Both the position numbers and the translations under genes were made by a program. DNA of 64,000 bases from an uncultured virus (IMG/VR IMGVR_UViG_3300008113_000015). Its lineage: Duplodnaviria > Heunggongvirae > Uroviricota > Caudoviricetes. Positions 50,176 to 58,623 of the stretch are shown one piece after another; the stretch's first letter is position 1; each line of letters opens with the position of its first letter. The DNA lies in the IMG/VR virus record IMGVR_UViG_3300008113_000015, positions 62,001 through 126,000 of that record; one strand, given 5' to 3'. Under the pieces are notes generated by a model. The model was not told where the DNA came from and did no database searches. It saw nothing but the letters and a program-made list of their open reading frames with translations.

Positions 50176-50507
50176 TATGTGATTTCCAAAATGCTAAGAA
50201 TTGCGTCTACAGAGCTGGCCGCACTGCTTTGCACATAAATTTTATCGCCTGTGACCATCACAAGCTTTTGATCGCCACCAACTGCTACAAGGCTGGCGCC
50301 TGAAGAAATTGGAGCATTGGCAGTAACAAAGACATTTGATGCTCCGTCATTCAGCCAAACATTGGCAGTTATTGCACTTCCTGTTTTATTTGTCACAGTC
50401 ATGCCAACCACTACCGTTGTGGTGTTAGCAGCCACAGTGTAACTTCCAACCTGAGTGGCTGTTGTTCCTACGTTTGTGCTCAGTTTTCTTGTAAAAGTAT
50501 TTGCCAT
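50175..50507 (-). CDS. Small beta-rich fibre adaptor-like protein
   Basis: 110 aa, MANTF...GGDQKLV...S.LEIT; TAATG-coupled to the next fibre gene. Confidence 0.75.
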   Translation of the reverse strand: MANTFTRKLSTNVGTTATQVGSYTVAANTTTVVVGMTVTNKTGSAITANVWLNDGASNVFVTANAPISSGASLVAVGGDQKLVMVTGDKIYVQSSAASSVDAILSILEIT

Positions 50508-50513
50508 TTCGTT

Positions 50514-53500
50514 TTATCCTAAAGCTATCGACAGTGCTACCGCATCATCTACTGTTGCTACTGGTTGTCCGTTGATATTTATGACCCCAGAAACTGCCAC
50601 GTTACCGCCAACAATGTTTCCAGTGGCTGAAATTCGTCCGCCTGTGTTGATGTTGCCACCAGTGATGTTGCCTGTGGCTGTTACCAAACCAACTGTGGTT
50701 ACATTTCCTGCAACAACGTTTCCAGTTGCGCTGACAGTGACTCCTTGCACCAGAGCCAGGCCAATTACATTACCACCAGTTATGTTACCAGTAACTGATA
50801 CTAGGCCAGCTGTTAACAGATTGCCACCAGTTATGTTACCTGTTACCTGAGCAGTTGTAGCTGTCAGTGTTACAATGTTTCCACTGCCAGTGATGCTGAT
50901 ATTTCCGCCAATGATGTTGCCAGTGGCAGAAATATTTCCGCCTACTAGGCTTGCCGCAGTTACTGAACCATCAACGCCAAGGTTGCCTAACACGTTGCCA
51001 GTTAGACTCAGTGTACTACTGATCAAGTTTCCGCCAGTAATGTTACCAGTGGCCGATATTAAACCGCCTGTTCGCAGGTTACCACCAGTGACGTTGCCGC
51101 CCGCAGTAACTTGTCCGTTGGTAATAAAGTTTGCACCCAACACATTACCTGTGGCTGAAACATAACCTGTAGCATCTGTATTACGAATAGTTAAGTCGAG
51201 ACCAGTAATGTTGCCACTAGCTGATATGTCACCACCGGTGAACAAGTTTCCGCCTGTGACTGTACCAGATGCACTGATTAGTCCACTAGTAATTAAATTG
51301 CCGCCAGCAATGTTGCCTGAACTAGTAACAATATTGCCTGCGGCTGTAATTGCGCCGTCTGCGGTGATATTGCCACCGTTGGCTGTGCTGATTGGACCGC
51401 CTACTGTGAATACATTTCCAACTTTGTTAAAGACCAGTCCTGCTGATCCCAGAGCCGACCCGTTGTCATTGTAAATGATCTGAGTGTTAGAAGATCCAGA
51501 CAGTATCAGAGTTCCAATTAGGTTGCCACCAGTGATGTTGCCTGTGGCTGATATCAATCCGCCTGTTCTCAAGTTTCCACCAGTGATGTTGCCTGTGGCC
51601 GTGATCAATCCGCTGGTGCCTATGTTAGCACCTGTCACGTTTGACAAACTTGTAACGTTACCTGTGGCAGTTACATACCCGTTTGTAATCACATTGGCGC
51701 CAAGCAAGTTGCCCGCTGCACTCATGTATCCCAGAGATATCAAGTTGCCAGATGTGAAATCTGCAATCACTGCTGAATTGCCAGTGACACTAAATCCACC
51801 ATTAACTGTAACATTGCCAGTGGCACTGAGATTGTTGGTGTTGACAAAATTAACTGCTACAATATTACCGTTGCCGTAGATTTCTCCAGTAGCAAAAAAT
51901 CCACCACTCAATGACACGTTACCAGCTGCAACGTTGCCTAAGGTTGTAATATTACCCACCGCAGAAACATGCCCAGTGGTGTTAAGATTTGCGCCAATGA
52001 TATTACCTGTAGCAGAAACTAGTCCACCGGTATTAACGTTTGCGCCCTGAATGTTACCTGTGGCAGTTACTAATCCACCTGTGTTGATGTTACTACCAGT
52101 GACATTACCTGAAGCTGAAACAATGCCTGTATTGACATTACCGCTGGTGACGTTGCCTGTGGCCGTAATCAATCCACTGGTGTTGATATTACCACCTGTG
52201 ACATTGCCTGTGGCTTGTACTCCGGCAGATGTGTTGACGTTGCCTGTGGCAGTTACCAACCCACCAGTAGCAACATTACCACCAGTGATATTGCCTGTGG
52301 CTTGTACTCCAGCAGATGTGTTAACATTGCCTGTAGAAGTAACTAGTCCACCAGTGATCAGATTGCCTCCAATTACGTTGCCTGTTATTTCAGCAATACC
52401 AGATGCACTCAAATTACCAGTTGATGTATTAGCTGTAACCGTTAGGTTAGTAAGAGTACCAACTCCTGTGGCTATCACACCAGTGAGCTGACTACCATTG
52501 CCAATAAAGAACGGTGCAGTTATGTTACCAGTGGCATTCAATGCTGTAGTAACGTTTCCACTCAAGCTCAATGTAGCTGCTTGCACTGCTCCTGTGATAA
52601 TAGCGTTACCGACTGCTACGTTGGCAGTGGTTGTGATGTTGGCAGTGGTGTTAATTGCGCTGACCACGTTGCCACTTAGGCTCAAGCCTGCGGCATTCAA
52701 ATTACCACCAGTTACGTTGCCTGTGACTGCTAGGCTGCCCAGTGTACCTACTGCTGTAATATTGGTTTGACTGGCAGTAGTCAAGGTACCAACAATGCTG
52801 ACCCCTTCTAAGTTACCGCCGGTGATATTACCAAATGCGCTTACTTGTCCCAATGTGGTGATGTTACCGCCAGTAACGTTGCCAGCAGCAGTTACACTGC
52901 CTTGAGCACTGACCAATCCTGTGGTATTGATATTCCCACCAGTTACATTACCAACTGCACTGGCAGCACCAGCTGAGTTAACTGTGCCTGCTGTGATTGT
53001 TCCTGTTACATTTAGAGCACTTACAACATTACCACTTATACTCAATCCTGTGGCATTCAAATTACCGCCGGTGATGTTGCCTGTGGCTTGAATAGTTCCT
53101 GTGGCTGTAATCAACCCGCCAGTGATCAAATTGCCACCAGTTACGTTGCCAGTGGCTTGAATGGCTCCTGTGGCTGTAATCAACCCGCCAGTGATCAAAT
53201 TGCCACCGGTGACATTGCCATTTATAGTTGCCAATCCGCTCGATACAATGTTACCGCCAGTTACGTTGCCTGTAGCGTCAACTGTGGTGCTAAACACTCC
53301 AGTGGCATTGACATTGGCTGCTGCAACGTTGCCGCTGAATGCTCCTGAGGTAGCAATTACGTTGCCACCGCTGATGTTTGCACTGCTAACAATGTTGCCT
53401 GTGGCTTGAACAAATCCACCTGTGAGTATGTTACCGCCAGTTACGTTGCCTGTTGCGCTGATTGATTGGCTAGCAGTGACTACATTGCTTTCTAATGTTC

Positions 53501-56500
53501 CAACTTTGAACGTACCAAAGCTGTTGACCGTGACTACTTCGTTGGCAATAGAAACATCTGTGGCCGCAAACATCTTAGAATTCAGATTATCATAGCCAAC
53601 AAACGCTTGTTTTTCTGCTCCAGAGAAATACCAAAGATCAATACCTCGATCTTTGCCATCGTTGGTTACCAAAGGCGTTCCATTGGGACCACGACCCATT
53701 TCAATAATTGGATCTTCGACTGCCAGGGTGCTGACGTTCACATAGCTTATATTGCCGTTTACTGCAAGATCTCCACCAATGACAACATTACCTGTTGTTG
53801 TGATTGTGGCTGCACTCACTGAGCTTGCTGTACTAATTGCGCCAGTTGCATTGACCAGTCCTGTGAGATTGATATTGCCTGCATCCACATTGCCTGTGAC
53901 ACTCAAAGACGGTAGTGTTCCAATGCTGGTGGCAACTACGCCAGTAAGTTGGCTACCATTACCAAGATAGAACGGAGCAGTTACATTTCCAGTGACATTC
54001 AACGGACTAATAACGTTTCCGCTGAGGCTTAGGCCAGTGCCAAAGTAGATTCCAGCTTGAACGTTGCCGGTTGAACTCAATGCCGCTGCGGTCACTGTGC
54101 CTGTGGCTGAAACATTTCCTGATGCAGCCAATCCAGTGGTATTGATATTACCGCCGGTGATGTTGGCTGTGGTTGTAATTGCACTAGTAGAGTTGATTGC
54201 ACTCAGTACGTTGCCACTCAAACTCAATGCACCAGTGTTGACGTTGCCACCAGTGATATTACCAGTGGCTGTGATCAAACCACTAGTGTTTAAATTGCCA
54301 CCAGTGATATTGCCAATAGTGTTTACACCGCCAGTTGAACTGAGCACGCCATCGGTGTTGATATTTCCACCACGAACGTTGCCGGTTGCAGTTACTACAC
54401 CACCAGTTGTAATGTTGGCACCATTGATATTACCAGTGGCTGTAATCAAACCACCTGTGCTGATATTTCCGCCAGTGACATTGCCAGTGACGTTTAAGCT
54501 TCCTAGGGTGCCAACCGCGGTAATATTGGTTTGGCTTGCAGTGGTCAACGTACCAGTAACAAATGTACCTGTTACGTTGCCTGTGGTCACGTTGCCAGTA
54601 AATGATCCTGTACCTGTAATGCTCAAACCTGTTGCTGCAAATGTTGCTACTCCAGATCCTGCTACACCCACCGTAACGTTACCACTTGCAGCGGCAACAA
54701 CGTTTGATGTTCCATTGACAATCGATGTTGGAGTTCCGCCGCCTGATATGCCAGTTAACAAACTACCGTTACCAATAAAGAAACTACCTGCAATATTAGC
54801 AGTAGTTGTGATGTTGGCTGCTGAAACTAACGCACTTACAACGTTGCCACTCAGACTCAAGCCTGCGGCATTCAAATTGCCTGCGGCTACATTTCCTGTT
54901 GCGCTCAATGTTACACCAGAGATCACGTTGGCACCAGTGATGTTGCCCAGCGATCCAGATGTTGTGATGTTGCCAGCAGTGATGTTGGCTGTGGTTGTGA
55001 TGTTGGCTGTGGTGTTGATTGCACTTACAACGTTGCCACTTAGACTCAATCCTGTGGCATTTAAGTTACCACCGTTGATGTTACCAGTTGCAGTAATTAA
55101 ACCAGCTGTGGTGATATTACCACCGGTAACGTTACCTGTAGCTGAAACTAAACCACCTGTATTAAAGTTGCCGCCACCAATGTTGCCAGTTGTCAATATT
55201 GGATTATTTGCAAAAGCAGCCAAATTAGCCGCCACGTTGGCGTTGCCATATGTTGCTGCCAGGCCAGTTAGCAACGAGCCATTACCAATGAAGAATCCGC
55301 CTGCAATGTTTGCAGTAGTTGTGATATTGGCTGCTGATACCAAAGCTGATACAACGTTGCCACTTAAACTCAATCCTGCGGCATTTAGGTTACCACCTGT
55401 GACGTTACCTGTAACACCCAATGATGTTAATGTGCCAACACTGGTGATATTAGGTTGTGCGGCTGTACTCAATGTGCCAGCAATACCGGTTGCGCTAATG
55501 TTACCGCCTGCAATGTTACCAGTTACTGCTAATGAGCCTAGTGTACCAACACTGGTAATATTGGTCTGAGCGGCTGTTGCCAAAGTACCAACAATATTGG
55601 TACCACTTAGGTTGCCACCAACAATGTTGCCTGTGGCCGAAATTAACCCTGCGGTATTGATGTTACCACCAACCACGTTGCCGCTGGCGCTAACTGTTGC
55701 TGCTTGAACCAAAGTTGTAGCTGCAATGTTGCCAGCACTGATGTTACCAACAGTGTTGACGTTGCCACCAACCACGTTGCCTTGAGCACTCACAATACCC
55801 AATACTGCCAGTGTGTTGGCATCTTTGTTGTAGGTCAATCCGCCAACAGCATCTACGTTGCCGTTGGTGTTGAACAATACTTGTGTGTTAGCACCAGGAA
55901 CAACAATGTTACCTGTGATGTTGCCAGCAAAGTTACCCACAAAGAACGCATCTGTTACAATGTTTCCAATTGCACTTACAATACCTTGTGTGGTTAAGTT
56001 ACCGCCGGCTACGTTGCCTACAGCAGTAACGCTGGCTGGAGAAAACGCACCAGTTAGACTCAAGTTACCACCAGCAATGTTTGCTGTTGTAGTGATGTTG
56101 CCTGTGGCACTTACAACACCTGTGTTAACATTGCCACCAGTGATATTTGCAGTGGTTGTAATTGCACTTGTGGTGTTGATTGCACTCACAACGTTACCAC
56201 TTAGACTCAATCCTGTGGCGTTTAAATTACCGCCAGTGACGTTACCGGTAGCTGTAATCTGCCCTGCTGTGCGTAGATTACCGCCATCTATGTTGCCAGT
56301 GACCGAAACATTGCCCACGGTCAATAGATTGTCATCGGTACGGTAGGTAAGATTCACATCCGCCCGTGCTATCTGGGCCGTGGTACGATTCTCTACGAAT
56401 GTAGGATAGTAAATGGTTGTTAGGCCGTTTGTGTCTGTTACATCAACGGTTACAGCATTGACCCCTGTGAGTTGTGAGCCATTACCTAAAATGTAGTTGC

Positions 56501-57887
56501 CTGAAATGTTAGCAGTAGTTGTAATATTAGCTGCTGAAACTAACGCACTCACAACGTTGCCACTCAAGCTCAAGCCTGCGGCATTTACGTTACCGCCAGT
56601 GATATTGGCTGTGGTTGTGATTGCACTTGTAGTATTGATTGCACTCACAACATTACCACTTAGACTCAACCCTGCGGCATTTACGTTACCGCCAGTGATA
56701 TTACCAATTACTGATACCGTTGATCCGTTGTATGTTCCAGTAATATTAACATTGCCACCAGCAATATTTCCACTTGCTAGCACATAATTAACGTGAAGGT
56801 CTCCAGCGGTTACCAAATTGCCACCGCTGATGTTGCCAGTTGTGATGATGTTAGCTGTATCTGTACCAGAAGCTAGGTAGTTTGCTACATCAGCATTGCC
56901 ATAGCTTGAAGCAACGCCTGTTAGGAAAGCACCGTTACCTAAAATGTAATTACCGCTGACGTTGGCACCACTGAGAATGTTACCTGAAGCACTGATTACG
57001 CCTGTTACATATTCACCTGTTGCGGCAAATGTAGCAACACTGGTACCAGCCGCACCCACAGTAACGTTGCCCGAAGCGGCTGCTACCACATTGGATGTGC
57101 CGGTTGTGACATTGCCTTGTAGTGCTACCAAGTTGCCCGTGTATGTGGGCAAGTATGCAGCCACGTTAGCATTTGAATAGTTACCTGCTGGCAAGTTCGT
57201 CAGCTGACTACCATCACCAAGAATAAATGCACCAGTTACGTTGCCACTTGCACTTACATTGGCAGCAGTAATTGCGCCAGAATATGTGGGCAAATAAGCC
57301 GCTACGTTGGCATTGCTGTAGTTTGCTGAGATACCAGTTAGTTGGCTACCATTACCAAGGAAAAATCCTGCTGTGACGTTGCCTGTGGTTAATATAGGAT
57401 TTGAACCAAATGCTGCCAAATTGGCTGCTACGTTGGCGTTACCATATGCAGTGATTGTGCCAGAACCAGACAACACAGTCTGTTGTCCTGACTCATTGGT
57501 CATTATGATTGAAGTTGCGTTGGCGCTGATTGAAGCATTGCCAAGGAAGATAGTACCATTGGCTAGGAACAAGTCATTGAACGCATTGGTTGCACTACCA
57601 ATGTTTTTTAATACGTTGCCAGCAGGCAATAAGTTGCCTGAAATTGTTAAATCTGTGCTGGAGAATACTGCTACGTTTCCTACACCTGCAACTTGAACTG
57701 TTACATTGGCTCCTGATCCACTGATGCTGACATTAGATGATCCATTAGTAATTGCCGCGCCACCGGATGCTACGATACCAGTAAGTGCAGCACCGTTACC
57801 AACAAAGTATGTGGCCAAAACATTTCCAGCCGATTGGATATTACCCGATGCGCTTATGCCTGTGGTGCCGTCTAGTTGAATTGCCAT
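50514..57887 (-). CDS. Giant Gly/Asn/Thr-rich repeat fibre protein (2457 aa)
   Basis: Quasi-repeats such as ITATGNITGGN, GNGSQLTG and LSLSGNVVSA; SD AAGGA; C-terminal AVALSIALG. Confidence 0.85.
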   Translation of the reverse strand: MAIQLDGTTGISASGNIQSAGNVLATYFVGNGAALTGIVASGGAAITNGSSNVSISGSGANVTVQVAGVGNVAVFSSTDLTISGNLLPAGNVLKNIGSATNAFNDLFLANGTIFLGNASISANATSIIMTNESGQQTVLSGSGTITAYGNANVAANLAAFGSNPILTTGNVTAGFFLGNGSQLTGISANYSNANVAAYLPTYSGAITAANVSASGNVTGAFILGDGSQLTNLPAGNYSNANVAAYLPTYTGNLVALQGNVTTGTSNVVAAASGNVTVGAAGTSVATFAATGEYVTGVISASGNILSGANVSGNYILGNGAFLTGVASSYGNADVANYLASGTDTANIITTGNISGGNLVTAGDLHVNYVLASGNIAGGNVNITGTYNGSTVSVIGNITGGNVNAAGLSLSGNVVSAINTTSAITTTANITGGNVNAAGLSLSGNVVSALVSAANITTTANISGNYILGNGSQLTGVNAVTVDVTDTNGLTTIYYPTFVENRTTAQIARADVNLTYRTDDNLLTVGNVSVTGNIDGGNLRTAGQITATGNVTGGNLNATGLSLSGNVVSAINTTSAITTTANITGGNVNTGVVSATGNITTTANIAGGNLSLTGAFSPASVTAVGNVAGGNLTTQGIVSAIGNIVTDAFFVGNFAGNITGNIVVPGANTQVLFNTNGNVDAVGGLTYNKDANTLAVLGIVSAQGNVVGGNVNTVGNISAGNIAATTLVQAATVSASGNVVGGNINTAGLISATGNIVGGNLSGTNIVGTLATAAQTNITSVGTLGSLAVTGNIAGGNISATGIAGTLSTAAQPNITSVGTLTSLGVTGNVTGGNLNAAGLSLSGNVVSALVSAANITTTANIAGGFFIGNGSLLTGLAATYGNANVAANLAAFANNPILTTGNIGGGNFNTGGLVSATGNVTGGNITTAGLITATGNINGGNLNATGLSLSGNVVSAINTTANITTTANITAGNITTSGSLGNITGANVISGVTLSATGNVAAGNLNAAGLSLSGNVVSALVSAANITTTANIAGSFFIGNGSLLTGISGGGTPTSIVNGTSNVVAAASGNVTVGVAGSGVATFAATGLSITGTGSFTGNVTTGNVTGTFVTGTLTTASQTNITAVGTLGSLNVTGNVTGGNISTGGLITATGNINGANITTGGVVTATGNVRGGNINTDGVLSSTGGVNTIGNITGGNLNTSGLITATGNITGGNVNTGALSLSGNVLSAINSTSAITTTANITGGNINTTGLAASGNVSATGTVTAAALSSTGNVQAGIYFGTGLSLSGNVISPLNVTGNVTAPFYLGNGSQLTGVVATSIGTLPSLSVTGNVDAGNINLTGLVNATGAISTASSVSAATITTTGNVVIGGDLAVNGNISYVNVSTLAVEDPIIEMGRGPNGTPLVTNDGKDRGIDLWYFSGAEKQAFVGYDNLNSKMFAATDVSIANEVVTVNSFGTFKVGTLESNVVTASQSISATGNVTGGNILTGGFVQATGNIVSSANISGGNVIATSGAFSGNVAAANVNATGVFSTTVDATGNVTGGNIVSSGLATINGNVTGGNLITGGLITATGAIQATGNVTGGNLITGGLITATGTIQATGNITGGNLNATGLSISGNVVSALNVTGTITAGTVNSAGAASAVGNVTGGNINTTGLVSAQGSVTAAGNVTGGNITTLGQVSAFGNITGGNLEGVSIVGTLTTASQTNITAVGTLGSLAVTGNVTGGNLNAAGLSLSGNVVSAINTTANITTTANVAVGNAIITGAVQAATLSLSGNVTTALNATGNITAPFFIGNGSQLTGVIATGVGTLTNLTVTANTSTGNLSASGIAEITGNVIGGNLITGGLVTSTGNVNTSAGVQATGNITGGNVATGGLVTATGNVNTSAGVQATGNVTGGNINTSGLITATGNVTSGNVNTGIVSASGNVTGSNINTGGLVTATGNIQGANVNTGGLVSATGNIIGANLNTTGHVSAVGNITTLGNVAAGNVSLSGGFFATGEIYGNGNIVAVNFVNTNNLSATGNVTVNGGFSVTGNSAVIADFTSGNLISLGYMSAAGNLLGANVITNGYVTATGNVTSLSNVTGANIGTSGLITATGNITGGNLRTGGLISATGNITGGNLIGTLILSGSSNTQIIYNDNGSALGSAGLVFNKVGNVFTVGGPISTANGGNITADGAITAAGNIVTSSGNIAGGNLITSGLISASGTVTGGNLFTGGDISASGNITGLDLTIRNTDATGYVSATGNVLGANFITNGQVTAGGNVTGGNLRTGGLISATGNITGGNLISSTLSLTGNVLGNLGVDGSVTAASLVGGNISATGNIIGGNISITGSGNIVTLTATTAQVTGNITGGNLLTAGLVSVTGNITGGNVIGLALVQGVTVSATGNVVAGNVTTVGLVTATGNITGGNINTGGRISATGNIVGGNVAVSGVININGQPVATVDDAVALSIALG

Positions 57888-57911
57888 TTATTCAGTCCTT
57901 TAATCTTATAT

Positions 57912-58529
57912 TTATGGTACCACATTGAATGTCGATGAGCTGGGTACAGTAATAGACAATCCGCTAGGGATTGTCAAGGGGCTTACCATCATTGCAGATA
58001 CATTGGCCTGTACTGTAATGTTAGCTGAAAGTGTACGAGGAGTTGCGATTACACCGTTGACAAACAATGATGTTTGACTCACAGTGACTACATTGCCTGT
58101 GCCAGAAATGCCAATGGTCACATTGCCGTTGGCCGTGCCAATAGACACATTGGAGGTACCGTTTACAATGGCCTGACCGTTGCCAGACCCGCCAGAAATA
58201 CCAGTTAGCAAACTACCGTTACCAACAAAATAACCAGCATAGATTGTGTCAAATCGCAAACTGTTGCTGCCAATATCATGCACATTGCTGATATTAGGTA
58301 GTATACTGGCGTTGGCTTGTATTACACCAATGCCATTGGGTTTGAGAACAATGTTGGTATTTGTAGTAGTGGTTGTGATGGTGTTGTTGGCAATTTGTAT
58401 ATTGCTACCAACCGGTCCAGCTGTATAAATTTCAGTGAAATTACTATTGACCGCTTCAAACGCATTGCGCAACGGTTCGCCAGTGCCATCGTTAGCATTT
58501 GCACCAATATCGATTATCTGTTGAGACAT
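57912..58529 (-). CDS. Baseplate-anchored fibre connector (gp9/gp10-like N-terminus)
   Basis: IDIG..ANDGTGEPLR.AF..VNSNF.EIY N-terminal motif. Confidence 0.7.
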   Translation of the reverse strand: MSQQIIDIGANANDGTGEPLRNAFEAVNSNFTEIYTAGPVGSNIQIANNTITTTTTNTNIVLKPNGIGVIQANASILPNISNVHDIGSNSLRFDTIYAGYFVGNGSLLTGISGGSGNGQAIVNGTSNVSIGTANGNVTIGISGTGNVVTVSQTSLFVNGVIATPRTLSANITVQANVSAMMVSPLTIPSGLSITVPSSSTFNVVP

Positions 58530-58587
58530 TACAATCCAAGTCCTTTGGTTGTATTTACCAAAAGGTTTAGACTGCTGTTTTGTGGAA

Positions 58588-58611
58588 AACTGCGTTAGTA
58601 ATACCGCAGTT
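58588..58611 (-). terminator. Probable intrinsic terminator
   Basis: AACTGCG-10 nt-CGCAGTT followed by TT on the minus strand, just after the fibre gene stop. Confidence 0.5.
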
Positions 58612-58623
58612 GGCGTTTTTTAA

